Source: an uncultured virus (IMG/VR IMGVR_UViG_3300042878_002054) | Taxonomy: Duplodnaviria; Heunggongvirae; Uroviricota; Caudoviricetes | Length of the DNA stretch: 64,000 nt | Virus record (IMG/VR): IMGVR_UViG_3300042878_002054 | Direction: 5' to 3' (one strand) | Shown here: positions 11,436-19,773 of the stretch, piece after piece | Numbering within the stretch: the stretch's first letter is position 1 | Layout of the letters: each line of letters opens with the position of its first letter | The notes under the pieces: model-generated | Told to the model about the DNA's origin: nothing | Database searches by the model: none | The model's input: only the letters and a program-made list of their open reading frames with translations | Position numbers and translations under genes: made by a program

Positions 11436-12161
11436 ATGAAATATAATATAGTAGCATTAGACCCTTCTTTGATATCGACCGCTCTCGTAATAAGCTCTGG
11501 AGAAACATTTAAGATGTATAATTATTGTAGAGAAAGCTCTGCATTTGGTAAAACAGGAATAAAAAAATGGTTCAAATTAGCAGAACAATTCGTAACTTAC
11601 AAGTTTATAACGTATAGAGAATTTGTAGACTATTCAGAAGGAGAACTTACAAAGTTAAAAGACTATGATAAGATAACTGACGAAATCATATCAGATATAT
11701 TGTCAAATATCGATACATCAAAACCAACAAAGATTGGAATAGAAGGATATTCTTTTTCAAGTACTGCAGGTGATATAATCGATTTAGTTACATTTTCAAC
11801 TCTATTAAGAAAGAAACTATTTGATCAGATTTCGGAAGATATAACAGTTATGTCTCCGTCTACACTAAAATTAGAATCATGTAAACTGACTTATCCACCT
11901 ATTGTTACCGAAACAGGGAAAAAAGTGAAAAAAGTAAAGATTGAGTATAGAAATAATCTTGGATTATCAGGCGGAAAGTTCACCAAAACTGATATGTTTA
12001 TGGCAATAGTTGATAACAACGAAATGCAAGACTTTTGGACTAAACATTGTAAACTTGTAAAGTCTGATGTGTTAGGTGTTGCCACAATTCCAAAACCGTA
12101 TGAAGATGTAAATGACGCATTTTTGATATACAGCGTTCTTAAAAAAGAAAACCAGTCTTAA
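11436..12161 (+). CDS. RuvC-like (RNase H fold) Holliday junction resolvase
   Basis: IVALDPSLISTAL, IGIEGYSF, SPSTLK, EDVNDAF acidic catalytic pattern. Confidence 0.7.
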   Translation: MKYNIVALDPSLISTALVISSGETFKMYNYCRESSAFGKTGIKKWFKLAEQFVTYKFITYREFVDYSEGELTKLKDYDKITDEIISDILSNIDTSKPTKIGIEGYSFSSTAGDIIDLVTFSTLLRKKLFDQISEDITVMSPSTLKLESCKLTYPPIVTETGKKVKKVKIEYRNNLGLSGGKFTKTDMFMAIVDNNEMQDFWTKHCKLVKSDVLGVATIPKPYEDVNDAFLIYSVLKKENQS

Positions 12162-12177
12162 AAGACTGGTTTTTTTT
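12148..12177. terminator. Bidirectional terminator between convergent genes
   Basis: AAAACCAGTCTT-AA-AAGACTGGTTTT. Confidence 0.85.
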
Positions 12178-12178
12178 A

Positions 12179-14335
12179 TTATTTTAAATGCCATAACTTG
12201 TTTGGTGGAAGCTCGTCAAATTCGGTTTGTTCATATTTCTCAATTAGAGGCTTAAGATATTCTAAATATAGTTTTTTTCTATCTTCTATAGCTAGTTTTC
12301 TACTATGTCCTAACCAAGTGTATGCTGAAGCGAATCCCATTGTTCCTCCATTTTCAATAACATAATCAATAACTTCTGTTCTACCATATTCAATAGCCCA
12401 TTTTATAATCATATATCTACCTCTTTTATCAGTAAGACTTGCACCATAATCAAGTAGCATTTTAATACCATCTAAGTAGCACTCTCCAATATCTGAGGCA
12501 CTTACATAACTACCCTTACAAGATCTTCTTACAGGAAGTGAATCTTCAAAACTAGGATCTAATCCATTATCCAAACAGAATTTAACCGCATCTATATCAT
12601 GACAGATATTGTTGTATACCGTTGCAGTAAGTTCTGAATTATTTGCAACTAAAAGTTTAATCATTTCCAATGAAGTTGCATCGTTGATAACACCTTCTTT
12701 TGGTGGTTTTAGATTTGGTGAACCACCAAGAGATAATATCAATTTAGCTTTCTCTAAATCATTTTCCTGAACAGCATGTTGAAGAACTTTACAAGCTTCT
12801 CTATTGATATCGGCACCATCTACAGTAACATATTGCTTAATCTGTTCCATGGTTATTCCTTTTTTAACAATCTCAATATTTGCGGCTCTTGATTTTCTTC
12901 TTTTTTCAAGATCTTCAGAAGTAACTGGTCTTAAAAGAGCGAAAAGTGCACCGTATTTTGAAACCTCAGCATCTGTAGCACCAAGTTGTTTAGCCTTTTC
13001 TTTAGCATTACTTTCCACATCGTATTCTGTACCCCAATCCTTCAATATGTTTATCACGTTTCCTGCAACATTTCCATCTATCTTGTTGTGTGCTGCTCTA
13101 ATGTGATTTTGTCTATCATCTGGCTCGATTGTGATTCCTATAGTAAAAAGAGAGTTTGATTGTGCCAAGTTGAAGTTATAAACATAATATTGCATGTTTT
13201 CTTCTACCTGTCTACCCTGTCTGTCTTTGTTCACATAACCCTCCCATTGTGACAAAGAGTCTTTGATACAATGTGAAGTATGTGCATTAAGTATTCTATT
13301 TGCACCAAAAGACTTAACTGATATGATGAATATGCCGTTTTCGTTGAAAATCTCTTCTCCACCCATCGCACCAAATTTCATTGTACAATCTTGAAACTTT
13401 TGGTAGAAGCTGTTGAATCCATCATTGTCTGTTGCTTTTGCATATGCTAATGCCTTTTCAATCAAATCTCTAATATTTTTATATCTAGAAACAGGGCTTC
13501 TAAAAACTACCTGTCCTTTTGTTTTTGAACCTTCTCTATCATCCAATAACATTCTTCCCCAGAATCCTTTGTATAGTTCATCGTGTTTTGATTTATCACC
13601 ACCACCAAGAGCGTCGAATGCCATAGCTACTTCTAAAAATTGGTCTTTGATTATCTGTGGAGAATCCTTTAAGTCTCTTTTCAAATGTGGCGGAAGATCT
13701 GCCTCCATTTTCTTATAGTATCTTAGATTCTCAAGCCTGTTCAATCCATCAATCAAAAGCTCCATATTGTTAGGAACTTTCATGTTTATGTAGTTAGTAT
13801 CGAATGCCTTTTTGGTTATTTTACCATTTACTGATATATCAAGGTTTGACAATATATCTTTATTTAGTAATAAATTTGTGTATAAAGTTTTTAAATCCTG
13901 AAGATTAGCATTTTCATAATAGTAAAAATAAACAAAATTTCCCAACCAACCCATGTGGTCTCTATCTAATTGATATTCTTTTTCAATCGTATTACCATTT
14001 ACATCCTGAACAGGAATTTTGGTCTTAAGCTCTCTTACTTGTTTAAACTCGTTAGTAGATATGAGTTCTCTAAGCTGTTCTTCACTCACCGTGATTGTTC
14101 TCATAGTATCACCAAGCTCTTTTTTCTTCTCGGCGTCTAATTTTATAAAGTCTAAAGGAGTTACAGAACGTTTATTACCATTTGACATATCATATTTTGT
14201 CTCATCATCAATAAGGTTCAATTGATTTGCAGCAGTAGTAAGGATATATCTATCCTTCATGAGCTTTTTGGCTTTGTCTAGATTTTCGTTTATTGAAAAC
14301 TGATCTAAAAATTGGTTATATTTCTTAAATATCAT
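12179..14335 (-). CDS. Ankyrin-repeat-containing protein with N-terminal K.YNQF..E motif
   Basis: LQHAVQENDLEKAKLILSLGGSPN, IKMLLDYGA and IKWAIEYGRTEVIDYVIENG ankyrin-like repeats. Confidence 0.7.
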   Translation of the reverse strand: MIFKKYNQFLDQFSINENLDKAKKLMKDRYILTTAANQLNLIDDETKYDMSNGNKRSVTPLDFIKLDAEKKKELGDTMRTITVSEEQLRELISTNEFKQVRELKTKIPVQDVNGNTIEKEYQLDRDHMGWLGNFVYFYYYENANLQDLKTLYTNLLLNKDILSNLDISVNGKITKKAFDTNYINMKVPNNMELLIDGLNRLENLRYYKKMEADLPPHLKRDLKDSPQIIKDQFLEVAMAFDALGGGDKSKHDELYKGFWGRMLLDDREGSKTKGQVVFRSPVSRYKNIRDLIEKALAYAKATDNDGFNSFYQKFQDCTMKFGAMGGEEIFNENGIFIISVKSFGANRILNAHTSHCIKDSLSQWEGYVNKDRQGRQVEENMQYYVYNFNLAQSNSLFTIGITIEPDDRQNHIRAAHNKIDGNVAGNVINILKDWGTEYDVESNAKEKAKQLGATDAEVSKYGALFALLRPVTSEDLEKRRKSRAANIEIVKKGITMEQIKQYVTVDGADINREACKVLQHAVQENDLEKAKLILSLGGSPNLKPPKEGVINDATSLEMIKLLVANNSELTATVYNNICHDIDAVKFCLDNGLDPSFEDSLPVRRSCKGSYVSASDIGECYLDGIKMLLDYGASLTDKRGRYMIIKWAIEYGRTEVIDYVIENGGTMGFASAYTWLGHSRKLAIEDRKKLYLEYLKPLIEKYEQTEFDELPPNKLWHLK

Positions 14336-16044
14336 TTTCTTCTTGTTATTTTTGATTCATTTATTCTTTTTAACTCAGCAAGATATACTAAACCCTCTTT
14401 TAGATAGTTTGGAAGTTTTGCCAATCTTTCTACTTCTTTATAGTCTTCAGCATCTAATGCATCATCTATAAGTTCTTGTATCTCTCTTTTACTAAGGTCG
14501 CTTTCATCGTCTTCTTTAGCTGGTTTTTCCAAAGATTGTCTTACCAATCTATCGATATCAGATTGAGACTCTTCACCTTGTTCTGGATAATCTTCACCAT
14601 CACCTTGTGGTTCTGGTGCATTGTGTCCAAATCTTTGTTCCATTTCCCATTTGTTGAGTTCATCTCTATATTCGTCTTCTGCTCTAACTATATCAGCAAC
14701 TACTTTTTCAATCTCAGATTTTGCTTTAGATTGTGCAAATCTTTCTTGATTTATTACAAAAGATGTTTTACCTGCTTCAGTTTTACTATCAAATACAGAA
14801 AACAAACTTTTTGTTATTTCTAAAAACTCTTCATCAGTATATCTACCTCCTCTTCCTTTATCAACAGCAAGTTGTGCAAATACTCTAGCTCTCATTTGTG
14901 TATATTTACCAGCGTCTTTACAGGCATTGATAAAATCTCTAAACATATTTTGTGCAACTACACCATATTTAAAGTCTTGTGATTCATCTTTGAAAGAAGA
15001 AGTTGCTCTTTTAATCTCTTCGGCAATCTCATCATCTTTTTTGATAGCACTTGATTGAAGAAGTAAATAGATTCCTTTTATAGCTTCATGTAAAAGCATT
15101 GGAAAATCTATACCATAAGCTCTTATTACAATCTTATTGAAATCTGTATTTTCTGTTAAAAGGTGTATTTTGTTAAATTTACTTGTAGTGTTTTCCCAAG
15201 TCAAATCAACTGCACCAGCTAAACCACCAGGCATGTTTTTCATCATACTACCTTTTGCTTTATCGGTTACAGCCCAATCTAATTTGTGTGCTACTTCAGA
15301 TGTTTTTACCCAAACGTCTAAAAGTTCTCTGTGAGAGTCTCCTAAGATTTCTCTTAAACCACTTTCAACTACTTCTGAAAATTTGATGATGTCTTTAGTT
15401 GCTTTACCTTCACCTTGAGTAAGCATGTTAAGAATCTTTTTCTTATCGATTGCCATTGCAACATCTTTGTTAGTAAGCTCTTCTACTTCTTCAGGATTTT
15501 CTTCTTCTTGATCCTCATAATCTGTATCATCATCAAAAAAAGACATGAAGTCATCTTCTTCCTCTTCGTCTTCAGTTTCTTGTTGACCTTGTGGTTGACT
15601 TTGTGGTTGACTTTGTGGTACATCTGTTTCAGTTTCTTCTTCAGAATACTCTGGTCTTTCATCTGACTCTGCAGGAACGTTCAATAGGTTTGGAACTTCT
15701 CCTAATACCGATTGATTAGGTCTGATAAGTTTTATCAAAAGCTCAACTGGTTTTTCAGAAGCTTCAATAATATCACCATACTCATCCATTATAACTCTTT
15801 TAGCAAGTTGTTCTAATTTAGTGTATCTTTCTTCTATTTGGTCTGTATTTAAACCATTAGTAAGAAGTTGTGCGGATCTTCTCATCAAAGAACCTATGTC
15901 TCCTGCAACAGGAACATTTGTATTTGGTGTTACTCCAAGATTTTGCTTAGCTTGATCCTCAGCCTTTTTCATGAAATCGTCATCAATTCCCTTATTACCT
16001 TTAAGATCAACTTCTTCTTTTAAAAATTGTAAATAATTCTTCAT
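14332..16044 (-). CDS. Acidic hypothetical protein, probable internal virion protein
   Basis: Starts MKNYLQFLKEE; C-terminal IQELIDDALDAEDY (IDEAL/UVR-like helix). Confidence 0.7.
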   Translation of the reverse strand: MKNYLQFLKEEVDLKGNKGIDDDFMKKAEDQAKQNLGVTPNTNVPVAGDIGSLMRRSAQLLTNGLNTDQIEERYTKLEQLAKRVIMDEYGDIIEASEKPVELLIKLIRPNQSVLGEVPNLLNVPAESDERPEYSEEETETDVPQSQPQSQPQGQQETEDEEEEDDFMSFFDDDTDYEDQEEENPEEVEELTNKDVAMAIDKKKILNMLTQGEGKATKDIIKFSEVVESGLREILGDSHRELLDVWVKTSEVAHKLDWAVTDKAKGSMMKNMPGGLAGAVDLTWENTTSKFNKIHLLTENTDFNKIVIRAYGIDFPMLLHEAIKGIYLLLQSSAIKKDDEIAEEIKRATSSFKDESQDFKYGVVAQNMFRDFINACKDAGKYTQMRARVFAQLAVDKGRGGRYTDEEFLEITKSLFSVFDSKTEAGKTSFVINQERFAQSKAKSEIEKVVADIVRAEDEYRDELNKWEMEQRFGHNAPEPQGDGEDYPEQGEESQSDIDRLVRQSLEKPAKEDDESDLSKREIQELIDDALDAEDYKEVERLAKLPNYLKEGLVYLAELKRINESKITRRK

Positions 16045-16056
16045 ATATCGTTGTTT

Positions 16057-16263
16057 TTATTTAAAGTATGAATTGATTTCAGACTTTTCATCTTCTGACA
16101 ATCCGCTGTATATTTTGGAAAATCTTTCTACTACTTCTGATTCTGTGCTTTCTTCTCCTTTGTGACTAAGTGTCAAGTTATCTGATAGCAAAGTTTTCTT
16201 AGCAACTTCTGGTGCAACCATTGTAGTTTCAAAAAACTTGATGTATTTTTTAATATACTTCAT
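16057..16263 (-). CDS. Small hypothetical protein
   Basis: Starts MKYIKKYIKFFE; AATATAT motif upstream. Confidence 0.7.
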   Translation of the reverse strand: MKYIKKYIKFFETTMVAPEVAKKTLLSDNLTLSHKGEESTESEVVERFSKIYSGLSEDEKSEINSYFK

Positions 16264-16326
16264 ATCGTTATTTTTTTTTCTTACGATATATATTAAAATG
16301 ATAATCTCAAAAATAATATATAACGT

Positions 16327-17433
16327 ATGAAAATATACAATTTCAAAAATTTCATATTAGAGAGACTTGGAGTGGCTTTACCATCGATTGAGTATGCGGA
16401 TGCCATATACAAAAAGACTATAGAAGAGTTAAAATCATTTCTTACAGAACATTCGAGTTATAAAGAGTATTTGAATGATCCTAAGATTTCTACAGAAAAC
16501 TTGAAATCATCAATAGGAACCGAAGAAGAGTATAAAAAGTTTCCAGTAGTAGGAATCACATTAGACTTACATTTCAAAAAGATAGAAGATGATATATTTG
16601 AAGATGAGTTTAATTCAGGAAAGTCACATTCGGTTGGTGGAAGTGCTTATAGGTTTGGACATAAGAACTGGTCAGGATATTCAAAGAAAGTAAAGACCGA
16701 GATTAAAGACCTTCCATTTGGTATAAACCTGCTTATTGGAATCGAAGTTTACATACCTAAAAGCTATAAGATTGAACAAGACGAAAAACTTGAAGATACT
16801 CTTATGGAAACAATATATCACGAACTGAATCATCTATATGAGTATTATGGTAGACTTGTAAATCAAAAGGGACTACCTATATACAAAAGAAGTCCAAAGC
16901 TTGCTATAACTTATGCAGACGTAAATAGATGGAAGATACCAAATGATGTTTATTCTATATGGTCTAATGATTTAGTCTATAATTTCTATCTATCAGAGCC
17001 TTATGAGATAAACGCACAAGTTCAAGAAGCCGCTTATACCGTAATGAAACACGGATTCGAACGACTTTTCGAAACAGAGGCTTGGAAGAACGCAATTTTG
17101 ATGACAAGATTCAGCGCTGAAGATTTCATAGAAATGCTCGACTCTACAATCGACGAATATATTTCGACAAAAGGACCTGAAAGAACAGGGCTTTACTCAG
17201 GAGTATTGGCTCTTCCATTAAAAGAAAGGCTTAAAGAAATGTGGCTTAAAGAGTATCAAAAGCAATTCGAATATGAAAAGGAAGGACCAAGCATTGACTT
17301 TGAAAGACTAAAGAAAAATGATTGCAACTACTTCATAAAGTATATGGGTAAGAGAATAAACAAAGCTGGTACAAAACTAAAGACAAAGCTTGGGAAGCTT
17401 TACGATTTTGCAGAAAAGAAAAATAATATATAA
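16327..17433 (+). CDS. Putative zincin metalloprotease-domain protein
   Basis: TIYHELNHLYE (HExxH) plus downstream EPYEINAQVQE; starts MKIYNFKNFILE. Confidence 0.6.
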   Translation: MKIYNFKNFILERLGVALPSIEYADAIYKKTIEELKSFLTEHSSYKEYLNDPKISTENLKSSIGTEEEYKKFPVVGITLDLHFKKIEDDIFEDEFNSGKSHSVGGSAYRFGHKNWSGYSKKVKTEIKDLPFGINLLIGIEVYIPKSYKIEQDEKLEDTLMETIYHELNHLYEYYGRLVNQKGLPIYKRSPKLAITYADVNRWKIPNDVYSIWSNDLVYNFYLSEPYEINAQVQEAAYTVMKHGFERLFETEAWKNAILMTRFSAEDFIEMLDSTIDEYISTKGPERTGLYSGVLALPLKERLKEMWLKEYQKQFEYEKEGPSIDFERLKKNDCNYFIKYMGKRINKAGTKLKTKLGKLYDFAEKKNNI

Positions 17434-17454
17434 TAAAAACTAATCAAAAAACAG

Positions 17455-17997
17455 ATGAAGAAATTTTCAGACTTAAAAAAACCTAAAATAAGAAGAATAT
17501 TCGAGCAAGACGAAATGTCTGTAGCAAACCTACCACAAGCAGTAGGTGCACAAGTACAGGCTCAAGCTCAGGCAGAACAAGAAAGTGGTGTTGAAAGACC
17601 ACAAATATTAGGAGAAGGTTCACACCCAGGTAAATTTTTCTCTAAATTGTTTGAATCTAGAGAAATGGCACACATTTATCACTTACAAGTAAATGGTGAT
17701 ATGGGTTCACATGCAAAACATATTGCATTAGGTGAATACTACGATGGTGTTTTAAGTTTAATCGATGATGTGATTGAGACATATCAAGGTCAATATGGTA
17801 TTATCGAAGAGTATGATGTGATTGATACTAAAGATACTAAATCAAAAGATACTATTGAATATTTTAATGAGTTAGCAAGATTTGTCAAAGAAGAAAGAAA
17901 ATGTATCAATATAGAAGATACTCACCTACATAGTGTAATAGATGATATTGTTGTTCTGGTTTACAAAACTCTTTATAAGCTTAAATATACTAAATAA
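17455..17997 (+). CDS. Dps/ferritin-like four-helix protein of T4-like phages
   Basis: AHIYHLQV...HIALGEYYD...IDDVIETYQGQYG...KTLYKL. Confidence 0.7.
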   Translation: MKKFSDLKKPKIRRIFEQDEMSVANLPQAVGAQVQAQAQAEQESGVERPQILGEGSHPGKFFSKLFESREMAHIYHLQVNGDMGSHAKHIALGEYYDGVLSLIDDVIETYQGQYGIIEEYDVIDTKDTKSKDTIEYFNELARFVKEERKCINIEDTHLHSVIDDIVVLVYKTLYKLKYTK

Positions 17998-18012
17998 AAG
18001 TATTATTATATC

Positions 18013-18042
18013 AGAAAAGCCTACTCTTCAGTAGGCTTTTCT
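18013..18042. terminator. Bidirectional terminator
   Basis: AGAAAAGCCTACT-CTTC-AGTAGGCTTTTCT. Confidence 0.8.
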
Positions 18043-18254
18043 ATTTTGTATATCTTTTCTATTCTTGATTTTCTTCTCCAGTTCTTCATCCAGAAATCCA
18101 TATAGAATCCGTTGTTTACGGTTGTAGTTGAATATCTACTTTTAAGTGTCATTCTTGGTGAGAAATTGCTTTCTACTATTGCAGGTGTTGTACTTTGTAT
18201 TAGATAAGGAGCCCAGACTACTCCCGGACTATTTCCTTTCTTTCCTATCAGCAT
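18021..18254 (-). CDS. 77-aa protein resembling the C-terminal segment of a gp23-type major capsid protein, with C-terminal tag
   Basis: IGKKG..PGVVWAPY...NFSPRMTLKSRY resembles gp23 VGYKG..AGIYYAPY...NFQPVMGFKTRY; ends RKSRIEKIY. Confidence 0.65.
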   Translation of the reverse strand: MLIGKKGNSPGVVWAPYLIQSTTPAIVESNFSPRMTLKSRYSTTTVNNGFYMDFWMKNWRRKSRIEKIYKIEKPTEE

Positions 18255-18333
18255 TGAATATTCTTTCTATTTTTATTATTCTAAGTATATTTCTAAACTC
18301 AGAACCGAACTTCTTCTTTTTGAATTTTCCCAT
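18229..18333 (-). CDS. 34-aa tagged micro-protein (not in ORF track)
   Basis: MGKFKKKKFGSEFRNILRIIKIERIFNADRKERK*. Confidence 0.55.
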   Translation of the reverse strand: MGKFKKKKFGSEFRNILRIIKIERIFNADRKERK

Positions 18334-18472
18334 CAAATATCTTTCTTATCTTTTTGATTCTTTTCTGGGACCTAAACATTGTTCCGATATTGGGGTTGAA
18401 TTTCATATTTTCCCATTTATTACTGGAAGGGCCTCCCATTACGACTAGATTAGGATCTGGAGCACAAAACAT
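18299..18472 (-). CDS. 57-aa tagged micro-protein (not in ORF track)
   Basis: MFCAPDPNLVVMGGPSSNKWENMKFNPNIGTMFRSQKRIKKIRKIFDGKIQKEEVRF*. Confidence 0.6.
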   Translation of the reverse strand: MFCAPDPNLVVMGGPSSNKWENMKFNPNIGTMFRSQKRIKKIRKIFDGKIQKEEVRF

Positions 18473-18581
18473 TGTTTATCTTTTCTTTTCGTTTGTCTTT
18501 TCTCAACATCTTAGAAAATGCTCTAATTCCTTCAAGAATTGTTTTCTTCGTCGTTTCCGAGTGATTGTCCCAAATCGCCAT
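18450..18581 (-). CDS. 43-aa tagged micro-protein (not in ORF track)
   Basis: MAIWDNHSETTKKTILEGIRAFSKMLRKDKRKEKINNVLCSRS*. Confidence 0.6.
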   Translation of the reverse strand: MAIWDNHSETTKKTILEGIRAFSKMLRKDKRKEKINNVLCSRS

Positions 18582-18684
18582 ATATTCTTTCTATTTTTTC
18601 TTTTCTTAAAAGGTTTCGTATGGCTTTCCAATCTATTTCGAATATCGGACTTAGATAGTCACCATCATCATTAATCACTGCCAT
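18532..18684 (-). CDS. 50-aa tagged micro-protein (not in ORF track)
   Basis: MAVINDDGDYLSPIFEIDWKAIRNLLRKEKIERIYGDLGQSLGNDEENNS*; AAAC-N17-TATAA directly upstream. Confidence 0.65.
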   Translation of the reverse strand: MAVINDDGDYLSPIFEIDWKAIRNLLRKEKIERIYGDLGQSLGNDEENNS

Positions 18685-18689
18685 ACTTA

Positions 18690-18715
18690 TTATATCCGTA
18701 TAGTATTATTTGTTT
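18690..18715 (-). promoter_or_regulatory. Putative phage middle promoter AAAC-N17-TATAA
   Basis: The same motif precedes the helicase, DinG, polB and the ncRNA locus. Confidence 0.55.
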
Positions 18716-19026
18716 TCAGTATAAAGATATTTTCTACCATCGTCGTTGTAACTCTGAAGGTTTCCAATAACGGTGTCTGTTTTGTCTGTAGAGTTTTCTA
18801 AATCTTTCATTATAACCTGAAGGGCCGCGATTGAATCGTCTATTTGATCGTTTCCTTTGTCGGATTTGTTTTTATAGTTGTTTAACTCGCTAATCAAAGA
18901 ATCTATCATCTTTTTCTTATCATCTAAAGTAGATGTAAGTTCTTTCAAATCGACTAATATCTCATCAACTCTTTCTGTCGATACGTCAACTTGTTCACTT
19001 TCGTTAAATCTTTTGATTCTTTTCAT
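18706..19026 (-). CDS. Coiled-coil hypothetical protein
   Basis: Starts MKRIKRFNESE; heptad pattern. Confidence 0.75.
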   Translation of the reverse strand: MKRIKRFNESEQVDVSTERVDEILVDLKELTSTLDDKKKMIDSLISELNNYKNKSDKGNDQIDDSIAALQVIMKDLENSTDKTDTVIGNLQSYNDDGRKYLYTENK

Positions 19027-19042
19027 TTTTAAATATTAGATT

Positions 19043-19058
19043 TTAATATATATATTAA
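19043..19058. promoter_or_regulatory. Divergent late-promoter-like palindrome TTAATATATATATTAA
   Basis: Lies between the divergent genes starting at 19026(-) and 19060(+); contains AATATATA on both strands. Confidence 0.55.
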
Positions 19059-19059
19059 T

Positions 19060-19743
19060 ATGAAAAAGAGAAATAAACTAATTCTAGAATTCACAGAGTT
19101 TAATATGCAAAGGTTGAACCCAGATTCGGTACAAGCATCTATGCATGTTGATGATCCTTCTCTATCAACAAATGCATTTGATAAACACCAGGATGCGATA
19201 AGACAAGCAATGTCAAGAGTAAATGATATACTTTGGAATCTAACTGGTTCTAATGCATACAAAAATCTTAGAGGTAAGCTTGCATTAGAGAATCAAGACA
19301 TAAAGAGTATGAAAATACTCAGAATAACAAAGGTAAATGGTATAAACTACGATGTGTATGTAACATTTGTTATTGGAGACAACGAATATTGGGGAGTCAT
19401 AAATGGAATACTTACCTCAGATCCAGAACTTGAATCAGAAGTGTTTAAAGATTATGACCTATATCAAGCAAAAGAATGGATAATAAAAATAAAAGGTTTG
19501 GTCATAAAGACTATAAAAGCTTGGATGAAACCAGAACCAGGAAAATACAAATTGATAAATGATGAAGTAATCTGTTTCTCAATAGAAACAGGAAGACAGT
19601 TAGAAATGAAAAAAGGTATTGAAATAGAGGTTGTAAGAGCATATGATAATAGAATCGTAGTACGACACGAAAGTGAGACTTATAACTTAGTAGGAGACAA
19701 CTTTGTTTATTTCAACTGGTGGTTCGAAAATATAGATAAATAA
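19060..19743 (+). CDS. Hypothetical protein
   Basis: 227 aa; N-terminal KLILEFTEF motif. Confidence 0.75.
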   Translation: MKKRNKLILEFTEFNMQRLNPDSVQASMHVDDPSLSTNAFDKHQDAIRQAMSRVNDILWNLTGSNAYKNLRGKLALENQDIKSMKILRITKVNGINYDVYVTFVIGDNEYWGVINGILTSDPELESEVFKDYDLYQAKEWIIKIKGLVIKTIKAWMKPEPGKYKLINDEVICFSIETGRQLEMKKGIEIEVVRAYDNRIVVRHESETYNLVGDNFVYFNWWFENIDK

Positions 19744-19773
19744 AAAAACCCGTTCAAAAGAACGGGTTTTTTT
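19742..19773. terminator. Bidirectional terminator
   Basis: AAAAAAACCCGTTC-AAAA-GAACGGGTTTTTTT. Confidence 0.9.

Noticed and set aside
11436..12161. RuvC-domain ORF as a Cas12/TnpB-like effector
   Set aside because: At 241 aa it has a resolvase-like layout, no Zn ribbon and no adjacent array or transposon ends.
18146..18674. Plus-strand ORFs 18146..18448 and 18354..18674
   Set aside because: They are Phe/Leu-rich antisense shadows. The minus-strand micro-ORF chain has promoter, coupling and motif support.
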